From a virus (Duplodnaviria > Caudoviricetes): DNA of 33,054 nucleotides. Position numbers and translations under genes: made by a program. Each line of letters begins with the position of its first letter. Positions within the stretch are counted from its first letter, which is position 1. Location: IMG/VR virus record IMGVR_UViG_3300017912_002025, positions 1 to 33,054 of that record; one strand, written 5' to 3'. The notes under the pieces were generated by a model, which saw only the letters and a list, made by a program, of their open reading frames with translations, did no database searches and was not told the origin of the DNA. This document shows, one piece after another, positions 16,101-25,592 of the stretch.

Positions 16101-17540
16101 ATACTTACCGAGGTTGCCCAAGATTTCGTCACGAACATTGTCTTGGACATTCTGTGTGCCATAGTCACTGTTAAGAATCTTAATCGACAGGTCGTCGATC
16201 TGCTGCCGCATCTTTAACGCCGGGGCACGAGCAAATTCTGGCAGTGCTTCAAGCAGGTGTTCTGTGTTGTTCGGGTCAAACGCACCATCGCCCCGAGCGG
16301 CGCGACGAGCAGCGGCTTGTCGAACTGCCGAGCTAGCCAAGAAGCCTTCGTCTTTTGTAAGAAACCCGTATATCGCATTCATCGCTTCGACACGGGTCAA
16401 AGGGCCGTAGTCCTTCAGGTTTACAGAGTCCGCCCCCTTGAAGATTTTGTTCACGGCAGTTTCAAGTTCCTTGATCGTGTAGGCCGCCGCGTTTGCTTGC
16501 CTGTCGATAAAACCCTGGATCGCGGACCGGCGTTCCGCAGCCTCCTGTGATAAGTTCCCGCGAAAACGAAGACGTGCCTTGACGCCTTCATACGCGTCAC
16601 CCACCGTAGTGTCTGCTTCAGCCCGCACCATCGCCGTGATCCGACGTGGGATTTTTATGGCCGCAAGACTCTGCGCCATTTCACTGTTGCCCGTGGCTTC
16701 AGAAATTCTTTGCAAGGCACTGCGAGTGTTTGTTGCTATCGGGGCTAGTACCTCGCCAGTAGCAAAAATAAATGGCTTGGCAGCAAGCGCCGTGGTGCTC
16801 AACAAGTACGGAAACGCCATCGCCAACGCGCCAGCCTCTCCACCAAGACGAGCCTTGTTGCGGGCACGGCGAAAGACTTCTTCACGCCCGCTAAGACCGA
16901 TATCTTCCTCGGTCATGGTAAGGCCACCCTCGACAAAATCACCGATGGTGGTCGTGCCATCGTGAGCAACCATGGCATCAACAACTGCGGCAGCGCCAGC
17001 TTGTTGCGCTCGAAGCCCTGTCTTTTGTGCGGTGGTGAGTTTTGCAGGCATTGGCCCAGCAGCAGACGGACGGCCCCGACCGGCGGAGCGGATCGCTTTA
17101 TCCAGCTTGCCGAGCTTAGTGACTTTTGATACGACTCCCGCCGCCCCCAGACCCGGGACAACAAACTGGCCTATAACATCACCGGCAGTGCCAGCGACCC
17201 CTACGGGGTCAAGACCGGCTGCCTTGCGAAAGTCTTCGCCTGCTTCGCTAACAGTCCGGACTGTGTTCGTATCAAACACAAAGTCAATGCCCATGGCCCC
17301 AAGCTCGGCTACACCCTGCACGGCTTTGGTCGCACCAGATCCCAAACCCTCCGCAAACTCTTGAAGGGCGCCTTCGGATTCCGTGGCGGGATCAATAATT
17401 CGCTCCGGAGCTACGAGCTTTTCGTCGTCAGTCTTTTCGGGGAACCGCCGGTCAAACTCAGCAAGCGCTTCTTCTTGGGTAAACTCGGCGTCATCATAGA
17501 CAACATATTTGCCTCTATGAAGAACTCTTTGTTCTGCCAC
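13173..17540 (-). CDS. Large putative internal virion/ejection protein
   Basis: 1455 aa, helical Ala/Gly/Arg-rich; last gene of the virion arm, as for podovirus ejection proteins. Confidence 0.65.
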   Translation of the reverse strand: MAEQRVLHRGKYVVYDDAEFTQEEALAEFDRRFPEKTDDEKLVAPERIIDPATESEGALQEFAEGLGSGATKAVQGVAELGAMGIDFVFDTNTVRTVSEAGEDFRKAAGLDPVGVAGTAGDVIGQFVVPGLGAAGVVSKVTKLGKLDKAIRSAGRGRPSAAGPMPAKLTTAQKTGLRAQQAGAAAVVDAMVAHDGTTTIGDFVEGGLTMTEEDIGLSGREEVFRRARNKARLGGEAGALAMAFPYLLSTTALAAKPFIFATGEVLAPIATNTRSALQRISEATGNSEMAQSLAAIKIPRRITAMVRAEADTTVGDAYEGVKARLRFRGNLSQEAAERRSAIQGFIDRQANAAAYTIKELETAVNKIFKGADSVNLKDYGPLTRVEAMNAIYGFLTKDEGFLASSAVRQAAARRAARGDGAFDPNNTEHLLEALPEFARAPALKMRQQIDDLSIKILNSDYGTQNVQDNVRDEILGNLGKYMRRKYRVFDDPDSYFKSNEYKKNRREVAQFLRENENTARELYNKVVAEAGELGTPIEAGGQVTNRAINELIDTFVNKYRNSEGFLRKAPNLDRTVQQRMSTMMFRPRKLEEEQLRKLLGEITDSPSEVFTRTVGELAETIAVDNFYGFMRQNRGQILEDGTRIGGDDVIDGTVYDRLSIADKNRYQIMDPAETGGGFGSLRSAPSVDKDGIASPAELRLYTSKPVFNDLTRTTRQFEGLNLIIAPFLVGKGFTQKVKTVYSLTTQLRNVTSAALFAAAQGNIGRGANVYESLSLVLENIRKSSPEDRAAFFQELQELGVVGTQSQLRELERTIDDGLARMSNREVDEFGVFLGQSKARGKGLQFLSSLDKRARDLYQGGDDIWKIYNFDFERSKLINAFGGDVARAEDFARSQGADSLNAYAADIVKNTVPNYERVPQFIEGLRRLPIGNFIAFPAEIIRTSFNTLNRSLDEVQQGRRMMDEAGSEMRRLQQLDRAAPEVQEQLAQAAAQQRAGRKLRDIGKRRLTGFAATTMVVGPAVQEAALLANDLTRDSIDALREIAPPWSKNSTLIPTSVDKDGKITGYVDFSYINPYDYLRRPVAAIHNAVERGEELDLDTTNVMYDAVSGFLTEVASPFAEESIIFERLQDITTRGGVTRTGSKVYKNQDSAGEVAFKSFAHVFDAFQPTITSDVVSLMQVSPASGDVEFIVPGRLGAALFSEEGLDPRGNVRQLSEEVLRQLTGVGEVKVTPKLALSYRTREHNKDAREPQQNFNQQLRVFSRTIEDPQQIIENYRQENERKFKIYNRAFRLIQNMKALGMSEAEIRSAAKEEGFSGFKDIVQGRFEPLNIDRGILNDIEQFYESVGRSSEFNRRDLLLELQGIEREYKLRPLTAEGADEFFQNQRRMSFRVNPPQQDVEESNQPTAMDPPPAPVDTGAATNLPQAAPVQPTTVTAARSTIQDPKTQELFDRLRGVG

Positions 17541-17551
17541 GGCATGACTCC

Positions 17552-18802
17552 CTAGCGAGTGATTGTCACTTCTTCACCAAAGTCAGCATCCAAATTCAAC
17601 AATGCTTTGTCCGCCGCAGTCAACTGGCCGCCACCTTCGAGGATACTGTTGGCAATTTGTTTTGCCAACTGGGGGTTGTCCTGTAGCGCTTCGAGAGTAG
17701 TGCCCGGGGCAGCAGCCAAAACATTTGCCAAGCCATCGCTCATGCCCATCGACTTGAAGCCGTTGAAGCGCTCCATGTACACAGATGGTTTCTGACCTTT
17801 GAAGACGTATCCGATTGCATCTTCTTCCGAAACACCAAGATCCATAAGTCCACGGATCTGATTCATCTTGGTGTCCTTGCTGAGTTCTTTCAGAAGGTCG
17901 CCCGATATGTCGTACTTTTTCAGAAGCACAGCCTGCGCGGATGCCTCGGCGCGTGTCTTATCCGCCAGACCCATCTGAATGCCAGCCAGTGCAAGATCTT
18001 GTTCCGCCTTCTCGACTTCACGGCGGTCTTGCGCGAAACCTTTGACTGCGGTTTTTGCCGCAGCGGTCACGTTGTCAAGCGCGTACGGGCTGTCACCAGC
18101 GGCCATCTCAAGGAAAAACTCTACGATACGGTCTTTTTTACGTGCGTCTAAGTCTGGCTTTTCAATTCCATACTTCTTCAACAAGTCCATCGCGTCATCT
18201 ATATACTGGTCGCTTGTTTTTTTCGCACCGCTTTTGCCACCAAGCTGTTCGAATATTTGGTCCAACCTTTGGGTGTACTCTGACACAGCATCACCATCAC
18301 CATCGCCCTGCTTTGGAGCATTTTTCGCAGCGTCTTCGGCGGCTTGCCGACGTTCTTCTGTGCGTGGATCCGGTGTTTTGAGCTTGCCGGTTGTGGGGTT
18401 AATGGCACCGGGCTGCGGGTATGGTGCTCCTCTGACTGGAGCAGGGATGATTTCTAAGAAGTTTACGTCCCCGGCCTGGTTGGAATCTATGTTCGGATCG
18501 GGAAGACCAGGGTCATTGACACCGGGAGCAGGGTTTTGTCCTGTGTTAGGTGTCGTTGTGTCGCCCTCGTCACGAAGCCCGGGGAAAAGTACACCTGGCA
18601 GGTCACGAATAAACTGGGGGGTGTTCGGCCCAAAAATGTAAGTGTTCGCAAAACCCCCGTCAGACATGCGAACGGGTTCCTGTTGCATCGCGGCTTGCAT
18701 GATCCGTGGACCGGAAGCCAAGATCCCCTGTGGCATACGCGCCATGTTACGGCGCTGTTGCGAACTAGCAAACATCCGACGGTCAAGCGGTCTTTGCATC
18801 AT
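17552..18802 (-). CDS. Putative internal virion/ejection protein
   Basis: 416 aa; Pro-rich N-half and helical C-half; lies between the Gln-rich gene and the largest virion gene. Confidence 0.55.
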   Translation of the reverse strand: MMQRPLDRRMFASSQQRRNMARMPQGILASGPRIMQAAMQQEPVRMSDGGFANTYIFGPNTPQFIRDLPGVLFPGLRDEGDTTTPNTGQNPAPGVNDPGLPDPNIDSNQAGDVNFLEIIPAPVRGAPYPQPGAINPTTGKLKTPDPRTEERRQAAEDAAKNAPKQGDGDGDAVSEYTQRLDQIFEQLGGKSGAKKTSDQYIDDAMDLLKKYGIEKPDLDARKKDRIVEFFLEMAAGDSPYALDNVTAAAKTAVKGFAQDRREVEKAEQDLALAGIQMGLADKTRAEASAQAVLLKKYDISGDLLKELSKDTKMNQIRGLMDLGVSEEDAIGYVFKGQKPSVYMERFNGFKSMGMSDGLANVLAAAPGTTLEALQDNPQLAKQIANSILEGGGQLTAADKALLNLDADFGEEVTITR

Positions 18803-19734
18803 GATGGCGCTCCTGCGGTCGGGCTGTTAAAGAAGCCACCGTACAAGCCTGCACCGAGCAACCCGATGCCCTGAGATAACAAGCTCGGCGGTGGAGTGTA
18901 CTGCTGAGTTGTTTGCTGTTGCAATGCCGGGACACCACGGAAGATGTCGCCCAAGAAGCCAAGCTGCTGGAACGGAAGCTGCTGTTGCGCTAGCGCGTTT
19001 GCCTGTGCAACATTCAGACCCTGCTGTGCTTGCTGTTGCTGTAGGCTACCGATACCGAGAAGCTGGTTAATATCCTGTGCCCCCATTTGCTGACCTTGCA
19101 TACCAAGACTAGCCAGTCCCCCGGCCAGCCCTTGAGACAAGCCCCCGGTTAACTGTGCCTGCCGAAGCTGCTGGGATGCTGCGTCTTGCGCCAGCTTCGA
19201 GGCTTGCGAGAACCCGGCGCTGCGAAGGCGCTCACCCGTACGAGCCTGCTGCTCTAGTGTGTTGCGACCAATTTCACCTTGCAGCACTGCTGCTCGGCTA
19301 CCGCCAAACGCACCAGACCCTACCGCTTTGGCTGCTGCCTGCTGCTCTTGCATCCGTCCTTGGCGCCCGATGTCGTCTTGTGCCCGCTGCACCACGTCAT
19401 CGAGGTACGGGTCCATGTATTCTTTATATGCGTTCGGGTCCATGCCCGCACCAGCAGCAAGCTGCTGTGCTTGAGCAAGTCCAGAAGTCAGAGCTTCTTT
19501 AGATTCGTCAAGAAACGGCTGAAATGTACCAACGCCGCTCAGAGCTTGTTGAATAGCCTTTTGCTGTCCTTCTGACAAGCCAGCAAGCTGCTGCTGGACA
19601 AACGGCATGGACAAGCCTTTGCCGCCCTCGTCCACCGGTTTGAACAGGTTCTGCGCCGAAGTCAGAAGATCCGCAATATACTGCTCCTGAAACTCGGGCA
19701 GTCTAGTTGTTACCGTTTGTGTCGCTGTTGCCAT
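18799..19734 (-). CDS. Putative DNA transfer/ejection protein (Gln/Ala/Gly-rich)
   Basis: YMDPY...GAFGGSR motif; Q-rich coiled coil; Gly-rich hydrophobic C-terminus. Confidence 0.6.
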   Translation of the reverse strand: MATATQTVTTRLPEFQEQYIADLLTSAQNLFKPVDEGGKGLSMPFVQQQLAGLSEGQQKAIQQALSGVGTFQPFLDESKEALTSGLAQAQQLAAGAGMDPNAYKEYMDPYLDDVVQRAQDDIGRQGRMQEQQAAAKAVGSGAFGGSRAAVLQGEIGRNTLEQQARTGERLRSAGFSQASKLAQDAASQQLRQAQLTGGLSQGLAGGLASLGMQGQQMGAQDINQLLGIGSLQQQQAQQGLNVAQANALAQQQLPFQQLGFLGDIFRGVPALQQQTTQQYTPPPSLLSQGIGLLGAGLYGGFFNSPTAGAPS

Positions 19735-20255
19735 TACGCTTGGGCCTCCAGTTCGGCCATCATATCATACATTCTGGCAGCACCGATATCCCTATCTCCA
19801 CCACCGGCTCCTCGGACAGCCGCCGCTGTCATTACAAATTCACCGTCGGACAAACGGGCGGGCACAGAATCAGACGTGCCGGTCCCTGGTCCGTGGACCT
19901 CCCCACCATGCATCATGGTAGCGATGCCGCCTTGAATCTCACGGCGGTAGTCTGCCAAGTCTTGTGGGTCATTCAACTGTACAATCCTGCCGTCTTGCAT
20001 ACGCGACGTGATTGCAAAATCTTTGCCCACGGGTTCAGGGCGTGGGTCGGGAGCGTATTCCCGACGTTCACCCAAAGCTCCGGCAAGCCCCAATGCGCCA
20101 ACACCAAGACCCAGCTTCTGCATCCCGGACATGCCGCTGAAGAAACTACCGATGCCGCCCATCGAGCCGCCACCGACTCCAAAACCAATCATTGCCGGGA
20201 TTGCAAGGGGCGCGATTCTGCCGATGCTTTTCGTAAGGTTTCTAAACAGTCCCAT
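19734..20255 (-). CDS. Putative virion protein with Gly-rich hydrophobic N-terminus
   Basis: GGEVHGPGTGTSDSVPARLSDGEFV motif; coupled start/stop. Confidence 0.65.
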   Translation of the reverse strand: MGLFRNLTKSIGRIAPLAIPAMIGFGVGGGSMGGIGSFFSGMSGMQKLGLGVGALGLAGALGERREYAPDPRPEPVGKDFAITSRMQDGRIVQLNDPQDLADYRREIQGGIATMMHGGEVHGPGTGTSDSVPARLSDGEFVMTAAAVRGAGGGDRDIGAARMYDMMAELEAQA

Positions 20256-20485
20256 TAGGTCACTACCTTTACAGTACCACTGTCATTATACAGAGCGCCC
20301 GTCTCCAGTCCAGATGCGCTCGTCGGCAGTTCAGTCAACGTAATCTTTGTCCCACGCAACTCGCCTGGATTGCGCTCCTGCGCGATAAACAGTTCCAACG
20401 CACGAGTCAGGTCAGCCATATATTGCTGCGTGTACTCGAACGGTGGTTCGGGGAGCCTTGGCGGTGCTATCTGGTTCGATGACAC
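20255..20485 (-). CDS. Small virion-module protein
   Basis: 76 aa coupled to its neighbours; LPTSASGLETGALYNDSGTVKV. Confidence 0.65.
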   Translation of the reverse strand: MSSNQIAPPRLPEPPFEYTQQYMADLTRALELFIAQERNPGELRGTKITLTELPTSASGLETGALYNDSGTVKVVT

Positions 20486-22362
20486 TAGCGCCTCCCGTCT
20501 GGCCGCAGGTCAATGCGCGGGCTACCCAGTTTCCACTTTGCACCCAGCGCCTCGGACTCGACCCGCAATGCGAAGGAACGACCACGAGCACGGAGGTGCA
20601 ACTGATTTGTAAACGTCTCAACCGGAGAGCTTGCCGTGCGGACTGCATCCCCAGAGGCAGTGTTGTCGAAACTCGCACCCGGGAAGTTTCTGGCCTTGAC
20701 CGTGAATGTGGCTTGCGGGCTGCTAAGATTCGTTGACCCGTTAAACGTCAGGTCCGGAATCACTCTTTGTATATACGTGAATTTGTCCCCGTCGCCAATG
20801 TCAATCGCGGCGGACTCGATGAACGAGTTCATAGCGGAGCCATCGTCATCGTAGCCAAATTCATGGTTGTAGAGATACGCGGATCCAGCAGCAATCGGGT
20901 AAGTTCGCACACCACGGTCGATCCATGCCGTGCGGGGGAGATTGCCGAAATACCAAACTTTTTCGCCGTAATTGTACACAACGTATCTGTCGTTGTCGCT
21001 GCTGCTGGCCGACGGATAAAACCAGAAGACTTCCGAAAACTCGGAGTTGATGCCGGAGATAACCTTGTCGGCCTGCTCAAAGTTGAAGTCGAAAAAGACC
21101 TTGTCCTTTACAGTGCAAGGAAGCTGCTGCGTTTGACCGGCGTAGACATAGAAGTTGTCAATGCCCATCCAGTACACAACGTCCTCGGTTGCGACGGCAG
21201 CATTCGGACTCATAATCGTGATGTTTGACGCAAGCTGCTGCAAGCCAAAGGTGAACGGTGGGCCGATGAAACGCATGGAGTTCAACGCCGTGTCGGTCCA
21301 CACCAGAATCTCACGCTTGGTTTCTACGGCCTGCATGAATGTCGAGCCGGCACCCAATGTCAAATCACCAGCGGTGTTGGTGGCTGCGGGATACCAGATA
21401 AGCGGATTCTCCTGGTCCGAAAAGCGGATCAAGAGCGGGTCTTGTGTGCCGTTGCCTTGGTTGGCAGATGCACTGCTGTTCAGACCATCGCAGCCAAACG
21501 CGATAACGTGGCGGTCCTGGTCAGATACCAGCACCTGTTTTGCAATTTGCGGAACGCTGGTCTTAGTGCCGGTGCGCGTGGATAGTTCGACTGCCGCCGT
21601 GGACAGGTTGTTTGATTTGTCCCAGTAGTAAAGGTTCGCATCACGAGCGTTGATGATCAAGTCTTCACCAAAGTTGTCGTGCGACCACAGACGAATCTGG
21701 TTGGTTGTGGTCAGGCCACTGGATGCTGCATCGCCCCAGCCGTCACGGCCATAGGTGCCAGCACCCCAACCCGTGCCGCCGACAGAAGTGTCGAGGCCAG
21801 TGTTGATCTGATAAGTGCCGACAGTGCTGGAGCCGCCGTTGCCGCTGTCAGACGAGTTGGCTGCAACTGCGCTAGTAATCTCGTAGCTGTCCGCATCGAC
21901 AACACGCACGACCTGATACTCTTTATTGAGAACGTCAGCGGTGATGACACCACCAAGAGATACTGCGCCAGAGAAGGTGACGAAGTCGTTTTCAAACGCA
22001 CCATGCGCGGTGTCGCTAACAGTGATTGTGGTGCTGCCATTGGTGGCAGCAAACGTCACATCACCAGCGCTGGTTGTTGCCCGGACAGGAGTGATGTCGT
22101 TCATCCCCTGACCTTCTTCGATGTAGTATTTCAGATGTGTGCCGATGCCGAGGTAGTTCGAGCCGTCGAGTGCAATCCAGTTGTGCAGCGCACGAGCGGA
22201 GCCAAGATAGGTGCTACTGGTGTACTTTTCCCAACCACCAATCTTTTCAGGGTAGCCGAAACGAAACCGAATCTTGTCGCAGTCGCGCCAGCCACCCTCG
22301 TTAGAATACGAAGTGACCTCCTGATTTACGCCGGGTCTGAACTGTAACTTTGTAAGCGGCAT
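20485..22362 (-). CDS. Putative tail hub/packaged-DNA stabilisation protein (P22 gp10-like position)
   Basis: 625 aa beta-rich; IRFSDQENP...W motif; directly upstream of the ejection genes. Confidence 0.6.
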   Translation of the reverse strand: MPLTKLQFRPGVNQEVTSYSNEGGWRDCDKIRFRFGYPEKIGGWEKYTSSTYLGSARALHNWIALDGSNYLGIGTHLKYYIEEGQGMNDITPVRATTSAGDVTFAATNGSTTITVSDTAHGAFENDFVTFSGAVSLGGVITADVLNKEYQVVRVVDADSYEITSAVAANSSDSGNGGSSTVGTYQINTGLDTSVGGTGWGAGTYGRDGWGDAASSGLTTTNQIRLWSHDNFGEDLIINARDANLYYWDKSNNLSTAAVELSTRTGTKTSVPQIAKQVLVSDQDRHVIAFGCDGLNSSASANQGNGTQDPLLIRFSDQENPLIWYPAATNTAGDLTLGAGSTFMQAVETKREILVWTDTALNSMRFIGPPFTFGLQQLASNITIMSPNAAVATEDVVYWMGIDNFYVYAGQTQQLPCTVKDKVFFDFNFEQADKVISGINSEFSEVFWFYPSASSSDNDRYVVYNYGEKVWYFGNLPRTAWIDRGVRTYPIAAGSAYLYNHEFGYDDDGSAMNSFIESAAIDIGDGDKFTYIQRVIPDLTFNGSTNLSSPQATFTVKARNFPGASFDNTASGDAVRTASSPVETFTNQLHLRARGRSFALRVESEALGAKWKLGSPRIDLRPDGRR

Positions 22363-23619
22363 TTACCACACCGTAATTTCAACAAAACCATCCAAACCGG
22401 GGTCGCCATCAACGTAACTACTAATGTCCGTGGTCGAGCCGCCACTCCCCAGTGAATATGTAAGTGTTTCGCCGCCTACATTACTGCCAGTGACATATTT
22501 TACTACGAGATCACCGTTTTGCCCGCTGGTAGGGGCAACGTCATATTGGTTTGTGTTAGCACGGCCACCGGGCGCACCATATCCGGTCAAAACATCTCCG
22601 CCAGATGAACCTGTCTGTGAATCATATCCTGATTGGCCCACGTTCTGACCGCCCTTCCCTCCAACTGCTGTAATGCTGATACCCAACGTGCTGTTGGTAA
22701 CTGTCGTGCTGCCACCGTTACCACCGTTATAACTGACGTTACCGCCGGGGTTTGCCCAAGTTGCGCCACCGCCACCGCCACCGGATGCGCGGATAAGAAC
22801 AGCTTGCGCGTCGGATGGAATTGTATAACTACTGCCGGACGTTTTAACTGTAACGACTTGCGGGTATCCCGCAATGTTGTTGATCTGTGTTTGTAGGTTG
22901 CTGGTTACACCATCCAAATAACCAACCTCTGTGCTTGTTACTGCGCTTACAGAAACATCTCCGTTGCTATCGGATACCAATGCGCGAGATGCCGTAAGGT
23001 TTTCCATCTTGCTGAAGGCAAGGGCAGCACTCGAAGCAACACTCGCATTTACGACTGCGTTACTGGCAAGTTGGTCTGCACCCACAGCATCATCTGCTAT
23101 CTTGGCGCTGGTAACCGCGTCATCTGCCATGTCTGCGGTGGCTATTGTGCCGTCCAATATCTTGGCGGAAGTCACGGCTCCATCCGCGATGTCTGCGGTA
23201 GCTACCGGAAAGGCCATCAGGGTTACAGCGGCTCCGGCTCCTGCGCCGTCGGCATAGACAACACCAAAGTCGCCCGCAAGAATAGTCGCGTTAGCGCCAC
23301 TGCCTTGGCTGAAAATCGCGTTTTGGCTGGTGTTGTTGTAAACGAAGTACAGCTTGTCCTGGTCATTCGGGCTGATCGTAATCGTATTTGCACCGGATGG
23401 TGAGCCGCCAAGAACAAGAACTTTATAGTGGCCGTCGGACAAAGCGCCATCACTGGTGGACAGCGTGTGCGTGGTTCCAGACAGCGTAATAGCACCAACG
23501 CCATTCAACGCTCGGTCAATGATGTCAAAATTTGTGTTGGTGGTCGTGCCCCAAGTACCCGACTGCTCACCAGATCCGGGCTTTTCGATGCCGTTATTAG
23601 CTGTATAGGTGGATGCCAT
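22363..23619 (-). CDS. Tail fibre/baseplate-like structural protein
   Basis: SGTWGTTTNTN N-terminus; 10-aa IADxAVTSAK repeats; Gly-rich C-terminal domain. Confidence 0.7.
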   Translation of the reverse strand: MASTYTANNGIEKPGSGEQSGTWGTTTNTNFDIIDRALNGVGAITLSGTTHTLSTSDGALSDGHYKVLVLGGSPSGANTITISPNDQDKLYFVYNNTSQNAIFSQGSGANATILAGDFGVVYADGAGAGAAVTLMAFPVATADIADGAVTSAKILDGTIATADMADDAVTSAKIADDAVGADQLASNAVVNASVASSAALAFSKMENLTASRALVSDSNGDVSVSAVTSTEVGYLDGVTSNLQTQINNIAGYPQVVTVKTSGSSYTIPSDAQAVLIRASGGGGGGATWANPGGNVSYNGGNGGSTTVTNSTLGISITAVGGKGGQNVGQSGYDSQTGSSGGDVLTGYGAPGGRANTNQYDVAPTSGQNGDLVVKYVTGSNVGGETLTYSLGSGGSTTDISSYVDGDPGLDGFVEITVW

Positions 23620-24336
23620 TTACTTCACCATTTCTGTCCATGTTTCAGTTGTACCACCAACTGTGATTTCTGTCCACGAGTCCCCAGTGTGCGTGACCTC
23701 CGCCCAGTTCTCGTTAGTAGCCCCAGCGTTGATCTGCTCCCACAGCAACCGGCCATCGGTTGTCTGGTCGAAGGCGAAGATGACATCATAGTCGCCGGAG
23801 AAGACGCCGATACCCGCCGACGTTTGCAGGAAGGTGCTGCTCATGGTCTGGTCAGCTTCCTTCACGATGTTCGCCGCCGCCGTCTCTACGGAGTCGCCGA
23901 TCTGTGTGGACAGCCCCTTGGCAATCAGGTTGCCGTCACTGGTCTGCGTAAAGTTGCCAGACTGCTCGGACACACCAGATGCGGTAAAGTTCTGCGAGGT
24001 TGTCTGCGTAAAGTTAGCCGACTGCTCGGATACGCCAGAAGCAACAAGAAGGCCGTCGGAGTCCTGATCAAACTGCGAGATCATGTCGGCGTCGGTCTGA
24101 CGAACACGGGTTGCATCCAGTGACTGCGAGAAGTTCGCGTCGAGCGTCAGCACACCAGCCGCTGTACCGGCGGCAAAGGCGGAGAACTCCGAGTTGCCTA
24201 TGATGTCGAGTGATGCCGGTGAGATAAAGTTCTGTTCTGTTGTCTGCGTGAAGTTGGCGTCAAGCGTCTCCGCGCCGAGGATCATAATGCCCTGATCGGC
24301 GATGGCGCGTTCTGCAATGACGTTGACGCCGAACAT
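23620..24336 (-). CDS. Structural protein built of 20-aa repeats
   Basis: F-x-Q-[TSD] recurring every 20 aa. Confidence 0.7.
   Translation of the reverse strand: MFGVNVIAERAIADQGIMILGAETLDANFTQTTEQNFISPASLDIIGNSEFSAFAAGTAAGVLTLDANFSQSLDATRVRQTDADMISQFDQDSDGLLVASGVSEQSANFTQTTSQNFTASGVSEQSGNFTQTSDGNLIAKGLSTQIGDSVETAAANIVKEADQTMSSTFLQTSAGIGVFSGDYDVIFAFDQTTDGRLLWEQINAGATNENWAEVTHTGDSWTEITVGGTTETWTEMVK
23761..24270. repeat. Degenerate 60-bp coding tandem repeat
   Basis: GTCTGCGTAAAGTT...GACTGCTCGGA at 23942 and 24002; related units at 23762, 23822, 24122, 24242. Confidence 0.7.
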
Positions 24337-24509
24337 CAGTCAGCATCCGCAATCGTCAAGTCACCGGCTGCGACCTGTTTTAGGATTTCAGCATAATCCG
24401 TGTTGGCTGGGTCAAGAGGAACAAACATAGTTACACCGTCAACTAGGACGATGATATACACATTTTCCCCGTCTAAGTTTGCTTGATATTTAGCCGATGT
24501 TATATTCAT
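24336..24509 (-). CDS. 57-aa fibre-associated small protein (not in ORF track); paralog of 28240-28425
   Basis: MNITSAKY...VPLDPANTDYAEILKQVAAGDLTIADAD; abuts the upstream stop; TGATG coupling downstream. Confidence 0.8.
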   Translation of the reverse strand: MNITSAKYQANLDGENVYIIVLVDGVTMFVPLDPANTDYAEILKQVAAGDLTIADAD

Positions 24510-25589
24510 CTATAGCTCCGCAACCGCTTCGTAATGTAGCGCTACTCCAGAGTTTGCAGAAACGGACACATTGTTTACATAGTTACCAAATCCAGATTCC
24601 CCCGGTGCTTGTATGTAAACGGCTACATTGTCAGCGCCGCCCCTTATTTTCCCGCTGTTACCCGCATAATCGTAGCTAGTAATAGTGGGCGTTGCTCTCA
24701 TTTTCACAGGAAACGAGGTGAACCCCGCAGTAGGGTAGTTAGAAGATGTTTCTGTTGTGCTGTAAGTTGCGCCTACTTGTGTAGCTGTACCGGGGGCAAC
24801 AGAGTAGTTGTATGATTTTTGGTAATACCTCTGACATGCCGCCAACTCATCCGCAAACGAACGATGCTCAAACGGAGTGGCCTGCTCGCCGATCTCAAGC
24901 TGGATGCCGGTGATGAAGAAGTTATCGTTAGTGTCTTGACCCCAATCGGCTGTGTGACCATAGGCTTGTTTGCCGTCTGCACTAGCACCATAGGATGTAT
25001 TATCTGTGCCAGTGTAATTGGAGCCAGCCAACAAATACCACGACACAACTAGCCCTGCACCATTGTCATCGTTGATTGTGCCAGACGTATCGCCACCTAC
25101 TGTGATTGTTTTAAACTCCCAAGTGTCAGCAGAACTAATTGTGTAGGTGCTGCCGATAACTCGTGACGCATCATCTTGTTCTAAATTAACTGCATACGTG
25201 CCGGTGACATTGGATTTGACATAGAATGAAAGGGTCATAGATTTAGCGGCAGACGTACCAAACGCAAACTGCTGTAGGTTTTGACCTTCAATGTTTTGAC
25301 GAAACCGCACTCGTTCATCTGCTGCAACAGCACTTTCTGCTGTAGTAGCGAGTATCTTCCAGCTATTTGCAAAGCCGCTAGGACCAGACGAATCTTGAGA
25401 CTGTGTTATTGCAATGTTGTCAGTGTTGTTGATGTTTAACTCAAAGCGGTCAACAAGAAACCCGCCACCTGTGGTACTGGTTCCTCGCTGTGCTATTTGA
25501 AACGCACCATTGATTATGACATTGGACCCACTAATGCCACCGGCATCTGCCGAACTGGCGAGATCTGCAAATTCTCGCGCTCTACTCAT
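24510..25589 (-). CDS. Tail fibre/receptor-binding protein, copy A
   Basis: NVIINGAFQIAQRGTS...ITGIQLEIGEQATPFEHRSFADELAACQRYY. Confidence 0.75.
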   Translation of the reverse strand: MSRAREFADLASSADAGGISGSNVIINGAFQIAQRGTSTTGGGFLVDRFELNINNTDNIAITQSQDSSGPSGFANSWKILATTAESAVAADERVRFRQNIEGQNLQQFAFGTSAAKSMTLSFYVKSNVTGTYAVNLEQDDASRVIGSTYTISSADTWEFKTITVGGDTSGTINDDNGAGLVVSWYLLAGSNYTGTDNTSYGASADGKQAYGHTADWGQDTNDNFFITGIQLEIGEQATPFEHRSFADELAACQRYYQKSYNYSVAPGTATQVGATYSTTETSSNYPTAGFTSFPVKMRATPTITSYDYAGNSGKIRGGADNVAVYIQAPGESGFGNYVNNVSVSANSGVALHYEAVAEL

Positions 25590-25592
25590 CGC

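Noticed and set aside
17979-24123. Long + strand ORFs in the virion arm (17979-18641, 21679-22347, 23428-24123)
   Set aside because: Antisense to coupled structural genes; no motifs
23761-24270. CRISPR-like array
   Set aside because: Degenerate in-frame coding repeats with no unique spacers
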